From Octopus vulgaris (lineage: Eukaryota): DNA of 64,000 nt. Below are positions 38,935 through 49,290 of this stretch, piece after piece; the first letter of the stretch is position 1; every line of letters begins with the position of its first letter. The notes beneath the pieces were generated by a model. That model searched no databases. It was not told where the DNA came from and saw only the letters and a program-made list of their open reading frames with translations. A program made the translations under genes and the position numbers. Where the stretch lies: positions 4,836,001-4,900,000 of the forward strand of contig OX597842.1 of NCBI GenBank assembly GCA_951406725.2, read 5' to 3'.

Positions 38935-40540
38935 CTCACACTTAGATAAAGCAGTTGAGGGTATGGAGACAAGGAAAGCCCCTGGTCCTTCCACATTCAC
39001 TGCAGAGATGCTCAAAATATCTGGTAGTGTTGGCTATAGCCTAGTTAACCAGGTGATACATGAGTCATACCCAATGACTGGTGTAGCAGTACCATAGTCA
39101 ACTGCTACAAAGGTAAAGGTGATGTTTTAGATAAAAAATTATTTCAGAGGTAGCAAGTTGTTGGATCAGATAATGAAGGTCACGGAAAGGGTCATAGCCC
39201 AGCTAATTTGGGAGAGAGTCAGTCTAGATGAGATGCAGTTTGGGTTTGTGCCAGGGAGAAGCATCACTGGTGCTATATTTCTGGGAACACAGCTGCAGGA
39301 GAAATACATAGCCAAAGATAAATCTCTGTATCTGGCCTTAGTTAACATGGAGAAAGCCTTTGAAAAGGTTCCTCGATCTCTTTATCTGGTGGTCAATGCG
39401 GAAACTAGGGATAGATGAATGGCTTGTGAGAGCTCTGCAAGCCATGTACAGGGACGCTATCACTAAGGTGAGGTTTGGCAACAAGTACAGTGAGGAATTC
39501 ATGTAGGGGTAGGGGTCCACCAAGGATGAGTCCTCAGCCTCCTCTTATTCATCATACTCCTCCAAGCAATAACAAAGGAATTCAGAACAGGATGCCATTG
39601 GGAGCTCCTATGCTGATGATCCTGCTCTAATTGCTGAGTCACTATCGGAACTAGAGGAAAAGTTTCAGGTGTGGAAGCAAGGATTAGAATCGAAGGGCCT
39701 TAGTCAACTTAGCTAAAACCAGTTTTAATATGTAGGAAGGCAGACAAAAAAAAAACAAATCCTTTCAAGTAGATGGCCATGCTTGATCTGTAGAATAGGC
39801 ATAGGTAGAAACTCTATAAGATGTACCCAGCAATATCAAAGGAAGGCTAACTGGGAAGATAGTTTTTGTATGTGTGCTATAAACACTGAAAATGTGCAGA
39901 GAACAGCTTCTGTCACTACAAGTAGTTGATAGCTTCTGTTATCTAGGGGACCAAATCAGTTGTTGGGGTGGATGCCCTGTAAGTGTAGCTGCTAGAATAA
40001 CCTGGGCAAAGTTTAGAGTTCCTACCTCTGCTGGTGACAAAAGGCCTCTCACTCAGAGTAAAAGGTAGACTGTATAAAAGCCATACTACATGGCAGGGAA
40101 ACATGGTCCGTGACTGCTGAGGACATGCATAAGCTTGCAAGGAAGGAAGCCAGTATGCTGTGCTGGATGTGTAATGTCAGTGTGCATATACAACAGTGTA
40201 AGTACTCTGAGAGAAAAGTTGGATTTAAGAAGCATCAGTTGTGTGCAAGAGAGATGACTGCCCTGGTATGGTCATGTGTTGGGAATGAATGAGGACAGTT
40301 GTGTGAAAAAGTGTCATACTATAGCAGTTGAGGGAACCTGTGGAAGAGGTAGACCCAGGAAGACCTGGGATGTGGTGGTGAAGCACAACCTTCAAACATT
40401 GGCCCTTACCGAGGCAATGACTAGTGACAGATATACAGTGCTTGAGAAGATCCGACAAGCCAAGTGACACCATAGCCCGTGGCCTATGCCAGTGGGTGTA
40501 ACCAGCCCACTTACGAGTACCCCTCATTCATTTGACAATA
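38935..40540 (+). mobile_element. 5'-truncated, frameshifted RTE-clade LINE (RT domain and C-terminus)
   Basis: KAPGPS..TAEMLK, YKGKGD, LDEMQFGFVPGRS, GVHQG..LS.LLF, YADD (39609-39620), VDSFCYLGD, GRGRPRKTW. Confidence 0.92.
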
Positions 40541-41221
40541 AACTTTGCTTGCAAAGACCTATTGAGGCAAGTGAAATCAAATCAAAATCGCTGATGTCAC
40601 CATGACAATACCGCCTGATTGGTACTCATGCCAGTGGAACGTTAAAAGCACATGAGTGTGATCATTTCCAGGGCCATGGATTGGTTCGTGCTGGTGGCTT
40701 GTAAAAAGCATAATTCAAGTGTGACCATTGTCTGACACATGAAAAACATTCAAGTGTCCAGAGGTGTGTCCACAATATTTGCTTGTAACTTTAATTTTTT
40801 TACATACAGATTTGAAGATCTTTCTGATTAAATTTGACATTTATGGGCAGGCAAATTTAAAACACTAAAATTTAAATTCTTAATACACCTTACCTGTTTG
40901 ATTTGTTACTAAAATTATCCCAGATGTCAACAGCCAACAATTTTTCCACTTTTTAAAATGAGGTACATTAATTTGAATTAAATAAAATACAGGTATAATT
41001 GGCACAAGATTTTACTCTTTATAATATTTCATTCAAATATTTTCATAAAGTAGAAAACTCTTTCACTAGTCAATATACCATGTACTCTCACACATTTACA
41101 CAACAGAATGCATCTAATAAAAAAAGGCTTATTAACAGGTGAGGCAAAGGTGAATACAGGTGTGTAATATACTGAAAATTAATGTATTTCTCACTTTCAC
41201 ATTTGTAATAAAATGAAAGGA

Positions 41222-41340
41222 ATATATGAGCATTTGCCACATGCAAAACCTATCTTCCTAGTTAGCCTTCCTTTGATATTGCTGAGCTTCTTATGTGTCC
41301 ATAGCTTACACTGGATACATGTTATGGAGTTTCTACCTAC
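41222..41340 (-). mobile_element. Short inverted fragment of the same RTE LINE family
   Basis: Reverse complement aligns to 39802-39873 and reads VGRNSITCIQCKLWTHKKLSNIKGRLTRKIGFACGKC. Confidence 0.85.
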
Positions 41341-41784
41341 TATCAAACAACAAAATATAGTTGTTATAATTTCTGTTGTGAAACTGCCCAAAGCACCCTT
41401 TACAGGGGCACTTTGCGAAACAAACACATATACGAGGGCTCAACTTGATATTCTTTCAGCCCCCCCCCTCCTCCTCCTCCCAGTCTGCTAATTTTTTCCT
41501 TTACATCCATTTTCCCCAGTTTATGGAAGTCAATATTTTTTTTGACATCCATCTCAGTTAATTTTGTTTCTCTCCCAGTTCAGTTCTTTCTGGATGTGTA
41601 ACTGAGATGCGATGTCAACCTTGCATTATCTCAAAAAGCTATGAGGATTTGATAATGTGACCCCCCCCATTTATTTTTGGTGATTTCATAGAAGAATCAG
41701 GTATGGCTGGATTTGGCCGGTTCAAACAAATAAAGGGGTATTATTTTTGGTCACTTCTGACTGGCCTGAACACTAAAGGGCTAA

Positions 41785-42028
41785 AGCCTGGTACCTTTAT
41801 TGATCACTTCTGTTGAGTCACTTTGATGGGATGTAAGTACACTGACACTGGCTGTTGAGCAGTGGAGATGAAGCGACAAACACAGGAGCACACATGCATA
41901 TGATGGGCTTCTTTCAGTTCCTCTTTGCCATACCCACTCAATGCCTTGGCCAGACCAGGTGCCATGTAGTGGGGCTGAATCCTGAAGTATATGGTTGGAA
42001 GCAAGCCTCTTACACAACTGTGCCTGTG
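41785..42028 (-). mobile_element. SINE family A, old antisense copy just upstream of coding exon 2
   Basis: GGGCTTCTTTCAGTTCC...CCACTCAATGCCTTGG...GGTTGGAAGCAAG..CTTACACAACTG matches the reverse complement of family A. Confidence 0.7.
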
Positions 42029-42159
42029 CCTGTGAGACTCTGCAGACAAAATCATTTTCATGAATGATATTTACTACTCCTCTGTCCTGTATTTGACATG
42101 TTTTTCCCGTCTCATCTTGTATGATTTTTGACTATGGGATTTCCATATTTTTATTGCAG

Positions 42160-42285
42160 AAAAGTGTTACAAGTGCAACCGCTACGGTCATTTTGCAAGA
42201 GAGTGCAAGGTGGAGATAGACCGTTGTTACAAGTGCAACGAACACGGCCATATTGCTAAAGAATGTAATAAGGAAATAGACAGTG
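42160..42285 (+). CDS. CNBP: CNBP-like coding exon 2 (knuckles 2 and 3)
   Basis: Acceptor TTATTGCAG (42159); (E)[41 protein letters not shown]; donor G|GTAAGT; 126 nt, phase 1-1. Confidence 0.93.
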
Positions 42286-44297
42286 GTAAGTTAAGCTTCT
42301 TGGTTTTCTTTGCATATCTATTTCCCTTTCTCTTTTCTTTCCTCTTCCATGTCTACTATTTTCTGCCTTCCCTCTCATTAATTTGCCCGGATTCCTCGCT
42401 TGTTAGCTCTACCCTTTCCTCTCTCTACTGCTTTCTCTACTTGTTTTATGGTTTTGTTAGGCATGGCCTCCAAGACAGGGAAGCATGGATATTTGGTTTG
42501 AATTCTTGCAACTGGACTCTATTAAAATTAATTGAAGGGATCAGTGCCCTGGCCAGATGGTTGTAATCCACTGTACTCATACAAATTTAGTCCATTGTTA
42601 CACTTCTGTTCACCCAGTAACACTAAAAGACTATTGAAGAAGATACCCAGTCAGAGCCAAACTGTGGTCACATGCAACCTGTGGATCTTTCTAGGTAACA
42701 TTTCCTGTTGAAAATTTACCTTGAACTTTTTTTAAATAGTGCAGCCCACAAGATGATGATCCATGTTTCATGCAACCTGCTTCTCGCAAAAGTTTGTCAA
42801 TGCCTGCACTAGCCTAATCTGCTGTACTGCAATCTTTCCATGCAATGTAATGAACTAAGTTCCCCTCACAGCAGTGGCTACAGCTGCTTTTCTCCAGTAT
42901 AGTGCACCCAGGATCATTCCTTTGAGATATTGAGGGGGCAGTGGTTTGACTTGCTAAGTTTAAATGGATAGCCAATCTTGTGGATGGTGTCTGCAGTGTC
43001 CTTCAAAATGATGTGATCTAAAACGAATTTGGCTTCTATTTCTACCATGTTGACATCCATGTAGAGGCTTGTGTAAAATATTATGATGGGGTGGTGGAAA
43101 CTAAAAGGGGTCTAAATTTCTGGCGAAAAACTTTGTTCCATTGGGTTTGTGGTCCTTTTTTAATTTCAATTAGGAGCAGGTAACTAAACTAAGACACTGT
43201 ACCATTTCCAGTTAGCTTTAGTGTAGATTCATTCACACAACAGACAATCGTTGCTTTTCCCGTCTTCATTTATCTGTAGATATAGTGGAAAGAATCTGTC
43301 TTGAGGCTTTTCACCACTTGGAAGATTTCCAATCTTCCAAATTCTTCTGGGAGGTAATTCTTGTTTGAAATTTTGATCTGCCTACTCTTTGTTGGAAAAT
43401 TTTCTCATGGGAAGAAAAGAATGGGTTAAGGATTCAGACATTCGGTCTCAGTGTTGTGAAAGGACTTGAGGAGGAGGCTGTGTTTAATTTTATGTATTTC
43501 ATGCTTTATTTTTGAACATTTTTGTTTATAATTTAATGAAAAGAAAAAGGTTGTAATGTTTTTGTTATTTTTTGTGTTTTGTTGCTTCCACACCAAACTG
43601 TTAAACCATTTTAATATATATATATATATGTATATGTATTTATGTATATATGTGTGTCTGTGTATGTATAGATGTGTGTGTGTATGTATGTATATATATA
43701 TATATATATTTATAAATAAAATAAATGTTGATCTTAACTTCTGCTTAAGAATGTTTTGTAGTACTGGGCACTTTCTCTCCTTGTCTATTCCTTTAACCCT
43801 TCCATCATCATATTTTTGTTAAGATACATTATAAATTTTTTTAATTTAAACTGTTGTGGGGTTTTTTAATAGAAACATCTATTCTCAGGTGGCTCTATCT
43901 AGTCTTTTAAAAAAGTTTGAGTATATGAAATGTGTATATAAAATATAATATTCATACACAAATTACTCACATTCGATTACTGCACCATTCCTATCCATCA
44001 CGCCTTTCTTTTCTTTTATTTGGGTGTGCGTGTTTGTCTTATATAGAGGCAGGTGTGTTCTAGGGGTGTTCCATTTTGTGTTTTGGAAAGACTGAAGGCC
44101 ACATGAACCTCAGGTGTATGTGTGTGTGTATATATGTACATATGTATGTATGTGTGTATATATATATATACACACACACACACAGTGTGTGTTTATATTG
44201 TATTATACATGAAATAGTTATGGTTTTCATATACTGGAACTGATTATTTGCTTTTGAAAAAAAATTTTTTTACCCCCAAATTTGCTCTGTTTTCTAG

Positions 44298-44382
44298 ATT
44301 TTCTGTAACAGATAAGTTTGAGTTGCCATGATACAAGGATTAGTTAGTGCCACGTCAAACATTACTTGCCGTAGAAGCTGAG
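44298..44382 (+). other. Candidate stop-containing (poison) alternative exon
   Basis: Acceptors TTTGCTCTGTTTTCTAG (44297) and TTTTCTGTAACAG (44311), donor GAG|GTCAGA (44383). In phase 1 both acceptors give a stop (TAA 44306 or TGA 44329). Confidence 0.35.
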
Positions 44383-44487
44383 GTCAGAAACTTGACAGTT
44401 TTTGTGCAGTGGCTTGCCTTAAAAACTCGCCCCTGATGTTCTTGTTAATCCTGTTAATCAGCTTATCTTAATTTTTCTTTTGCACAG

Positions 44488-44544
44488 AGGGGCCACCGTT
44501 TCGTGGCACAGATGGAACTGGCAACTATAAGTATTCTTCGTCAA
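44488..44544 (+). CDS. CNBP: Candidate in-frame 57-nt cassette exon (EGPPFRGTDGTGNYKYSSS) between knuckles 3 and 4
   Basis: Strong acceptor TTTTTCTTTTGCACAG (44487), donor CAA|GTAGGT (44545), phase 1-1, open frame, GC-richer than its flanks. Confidence 0.55.
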
Positions 44545-47500
44545 GTAGGTGTACCTCTAAAACTATGTAGAATTTTGGCATAGAACATTATCATTATTAT
44601 TTATTATTTAACTCCTTTCCCAACTTCTTCCTTCTAATATTCAGTGTTCTCCCTGAGAAGCATGAACTATATGTTTCCCCTTATTTAGGTCAATTTGTCT
44701 TGAAAACCCTTCTAACCCAGGGTGTTATCTGAATACCCTAGCCACACACCTGCCTACTTCTGCATCCTCTCTCTCTTTTTCCCCCTGATCATAGTTGTTA
44801 CACTTGCAGCAACTGCAATGCGCTAACAGTTACATACATATGTAACCAGTTAGTTTTATATAATTTTCTAAGGGAGTATATTTGTTTTTAGGTCACCTGA
44901 CATATAAGGGGTTAATTATTACTTAGTTTCCTTGGATATTAGCTTGGATCTCCCTCTTTCTTTTCCAGGGGATAGTAAATGGTCTTAGGGGTTAAAGTTT
45001 GAAAGGTGATGGTGGTGTTTACGTGGCAGTATCAGTTAGTCTCCATGTTTTGGTGGTTGATTGTCAGATGGTGGCAAGCCTTTGAAAGTAACCAGTCATT
45101 TAGAATTCATCCCATTTTAAATTGAACAAAATGGGCTGGTTTCAATTTCTAGCTTGGATTTTTTTTTCTCTAAATTGGAGACAAGGGAGGTTCAAGCTGG
45201 AGCTAAATTGTATTCATTAACCATCTCCACAGATGGATAGAAAAGTCAAATGGGTTAGAAAAGTCATGCATGCACAAACAATTGCCAGAGGTGTTTTCTA
45301 AATATTTATAATTAAACAGAAATGTCTAGGTTTTCTTTTGTCTCGAGTTGGTGGTTCTGTTGGTATTTCTTTGGCACAGCCCACAGGGAATATCTTCTAC
45401 CATTCTTAGTTGCAGCACCAATGAAATCTAGTAGATTTTTGATGGTGCTTGGAAATCTTGGAGCCAACTCTGATAAATTAGATGTAATTTGTAAAGTAGT
45501 AAATGATTCTACAAGCAACAGGAGTCAATGCAGTAAAGGAGAGCCATTCTCCCTTGGCAAGAATATGCATTTAGTAGGTTGTGAGAGTTTTGGAAATTGA
45601 AAACCCATTCCTACACTTAGTAGTATTGACTCCTGTTGTTAATTATGATTTGGAATTTACACTGATTTAAATACTGTTCAAACATCACTGGTAATTATTA
45701 GTGTCATAGGATATGAAATAAATTTGTGGTATTGTTACAGTTAATTTTTAAATTAGAAATGTTTACTTCACCTCAGAGAAAAAATAAGCAGAATTCTGGT
45801 TTAAGCACCCAGTATCCCCCCTCGATTTTTTTTTTTTTTGAATCTTCAGAAATTTTTTGCAAATTAGTTTTCTACATATGTAAATTCACATGATTATGCA
45901 AAAAAAGATTTTTTCTTCATGGCGATTTAGCGTCTCAAGACCCCACCCTACTCCGTGTGTGGTATGGGGTTTTCCCCTCCCTCTAATCAATTGAATTTTC
46001 TGAAAATTCCAAAAGATAAGTTGTGTGGGATTTATATGGTGTACTTAAACCAGAATTCCATTGGATAAATATAAAATAGGCAGCCAAAACTTAATACCGT
46101 ACGTGACTTTTCTTCACCTTCTGAATTTTTGCATTGCTTTCCTAAGGAGAACACTGACATGCAGTGACTGTATGATAGATGTTTTTACATTAATTTAACT
46201 TTCTTTCCTTCTGTTGTCTCCATCTATTATTTCATAATTGCCTTCTTTTCTCTCTTCAGCTTTTAGCATTTATCTCATCTGAAGCCTTCTTATCTTCCCA
46301 TTCTCTTCCTGTGTTTGTTAGTGTGTATATTGAGGTGGAGGGGTTAGTCCACATTACTCTGTAAGGAACTGATTTCTCTGGTGTATATATTCTCCCCTGG
46401 ATGGGCTGCCAGTCTGTCACAGGATTACTCATTTTTACCAGCTGAGTGGATTGGAGCTGCATGAAATATAGTTGTGCCCAAGAACACAACACATCAGCCA
46501 GTCCTGGAATCAAAACCACAACACATCAGCCAGTCCTGGAATCAAAACCACAATCTTACAATTATGATTACAACACCCTAACCACGGTGTACCTCTAGTG
46601 CCTGTCTATATAACTATCATATGATAGTTATTAATATGTGTATAAAACTATCTTACGAGACAGTTCACAACCTCTTGGGAGGGGCTCATGTCAATAAGAT
46701 GACATATCTACTGCTTTAATTAATCCAATTATGTAAAAGCAGACATGCAAGACAAAAATGAAATATAGGGAGCAAGCTTTTGATACTAGGTGCTGCCAAC
46801 TTACAGTGAATTTCTCTGTAGAAGAAAATTGTTACTTAATGTTCATATTTCCATGCTTGCATGAGTCGGGAGTTTAAGGTGGATTTTCCTACAGCTGAAT
46901 TGCCAACTCTTCACCTGTTTCTAAGTAAGGTAATATTTCTCTGATCATATGCATTTTTGAGGAAGATTTGGAACACACCCCTTGCATAGCAGTTGCACTG
47001 GTTTACAGAAACGCTGCTGGAGGTCATGGGGCAGTATTCTTTATTACTACAACAGATAAAAAATATTAGTATGTAGCTATGTGGAAGCATTTCCTCCAAA
47101 CATCTCTAAGTAGATATACGTAATGAAAGAGTGTACATTGTCAATAAAAGGTGATATGTAGCCAATTAGCAAGGAAGGATACATTAGGTAATGTAGTCCT
47201 AGATACACTGTTGCATGGTGTTGTGTTCAGGTTTTAAGCACATGGCCACCATGTTCTTCACTAGGATGGTCTTTAAATTAGATTTAGACTGTATCCTTGC
47301 TTGGTTTCCCAAGAAATTCAGGTACCCACTGATTAAGACAACCAAGTACAATCGCTGGGTGAGGACAATCTCATTCTCTCTGATCCTTCATAGTTGAATT
47401 TTGCTTGAAACTTTCACAAGGAGCGATAATTATCTATCTTTCCATTCTCCTCTTGTCTGTACTAATATTGTACTAAAACATTGTAAACTCACCTTATTGC

Positions 47501-48875
47501 TGTGCTAATATTTTCCCTGAAAAAATCTATTCCTTGCCCTCCTAACAACTTCTTGGAACGCATGTCACTGCATTTGCTCACTCTTCTCTGCTTGTCTTTC
47601 TGCTTGTTTTCTTCAGTCTGCATTTTCACTTCTCTGTCCCCCCTCCCCCTTGTTTCCGTCCCTTGCTAGCATAGATCTGCTCCAGTGCAGCATCTTGTCA
47701 CTTGACATTGCTTAATGTTATATGATTTTTTAAGACTTAACAGTTGCACTGAATGAAGCATTGTTTTTATTTGGTGTTAGGGATTAAGTGAACTATGCTA
47801 AATACCCTCCATAGAAATCATTGCAACAACATGCACTAAATTATCTGGCAACCTACCTGTGGTGTTTCTTTCTACCTTCCATACTTCTCTACTTGAAATA
47901 CAAGTACTGAAGTGATTTGTGTCAATTTTGGGAATTAGTTATTGAAGGAAGCAGTAAAAGAACAAAATTTGGGGGTATTTTGGTTAGGTTTTTAGTTTAA
48001 AACCTTTCACTATAATCCTTTGTTTTAAGTTGTAGGTTGTGAGGGAAATCTAGTTGTTACTTACAGCAGATAGTGACTATGGATGCTGCTTTGTTGGCTC
48101 TGCAGATGCAGTCACAATATACCGTTTGCTTGTTTTTGTTGGAGGTTGTTGGGCAGCTCTTGTGTCCTTTGTCTATCAGTTGGGTTATCTTGACCAGCTT
48201 GAATACTTCTCTTCCAACCTAGCTGCAATGGTGAAGTCACTCTACAATACAAGTTGTGTATTCACTCATAGCTTAACCCTTTTGTGACTATATTTACATA
48301 GAAATCATTTTTCAAATATCCTCGTAGTTAAGCTGATGTTCAGAGCATCAATTACCATCAAATTTTGAAGAGTGGTCACTTTAAAACCCGGAGCTTGTGT
48401 TGTAGAACCAAGAGTGGTCTCCGAGAGGGGTGGGTAACTGAAGGACTTATATAGAATTGCACTTTCCTTAGTTAACCCTTTAGCATTAAGATTACTCTCT
48501 CAACTGTACTGCTTATTTCTTCATGACAATGTGTAGGGTAAATGTAAGAGGTAGGATCTAGTTGGTTTGAAAATAAAGCAGGTAGAATATTTTGGCCTGA
48601 TATGGTTGGTTTAAATGCTGAAGGATAATCCTGGTCAGTTTTTCTCAGCTGGCCATGGGTCACATATAATTGATGTATATGTTTAACCTCAGGTTCATTT
48701 GTTGTTACAGAGATATTTCAGCTGTGGCCATGCCAGTTCCTCAGTGATTGTGTCCAGGCTCTGTCATTGCCTTATTTAGTGGGTTTAGAAGTTTTAAAAA
48801 ATTATTTTTCTTGACTGTCTGAGCCCTCTATGTGGTTTGTCTTTTATTTGGTGTTAATGTTATTTTACATTGTAG

Positions 48876-49080
48876 GATCATGTTACAACTGTGGCAAGAG
48901 TGGTCACATCCAGAGGGAGTGCCTGGTGGCCAGCTCAAAACCATGCTATCGATGTGGTGTAGCTGGCCATATAGCTCGGGAGTGTTCTGATGAGCGACGA
49001 GATGACCGCAAGTGCTATAACTGTGGTATGACGGGTCACATCTCCAAGAGCTGTCCAGAAAGTGGCAAGAACTGTTACAA
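48876..49080 (+). CDS. CNBP: CNBP-like coding exon 3 (knuckles 4, 5, 6 and start of 7)
   Basis: Acceptor TTTTACATTGTAG (48875); (G)SCYNCGKSGHIQRECLVASSKPCYRCGVAGHIARECSDERRDDRKCYNCGMTGHISKSCPESGKNCY; donor AA|GTTAGT (phase 2). Confidence 0.93.
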
Positions 49081-49175
49081 GTTAGTAGCTCTCTCTCTCT
49101 TTATCTTTCTCTTTTTGTGTTTTATGTTTCTCCTCAATTATGTAATCTAATTTCATGTTTCTGTTTATCTTTTAG

Positions 49176-49290
49176 GTGTGGTGAAAGCGATCACTTGGCC
49201 AAGGAGTGTCCTAGTTTAAATCTAACCCAGTGCTATACATGCAGGGGGACAGGCCACTATGCTAGGGATTGTAACAACCAGGTGCTCTAA
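49176..49290 (+). CDS. CNBP: CNBP-like last coding exon (rest of knuckle 7, knuckle 8, stop)
   Basis: Follows a 95-nt intron ending TCTTTTAG (49175); (K)CGESDHLAKECPSLNLTQCYTCRGTGHYARDCNNQVL-TAA. Absent from the ORF track. Confidence 0.92.

Noticed and set aside
42286-42566. Hydrophobic C-terminal tails on the zinc-knuckle ORFs (also 31778-31827, 49081-49150)
   Set aside because: These are read-through into pyrimidine-rich introns past consensus GT donors; spliced phases join cleanly.
46485-46553. 32-bp tandem duplication
   Set aside because: It is an ordinary slippage duplication inside a SINE copy.
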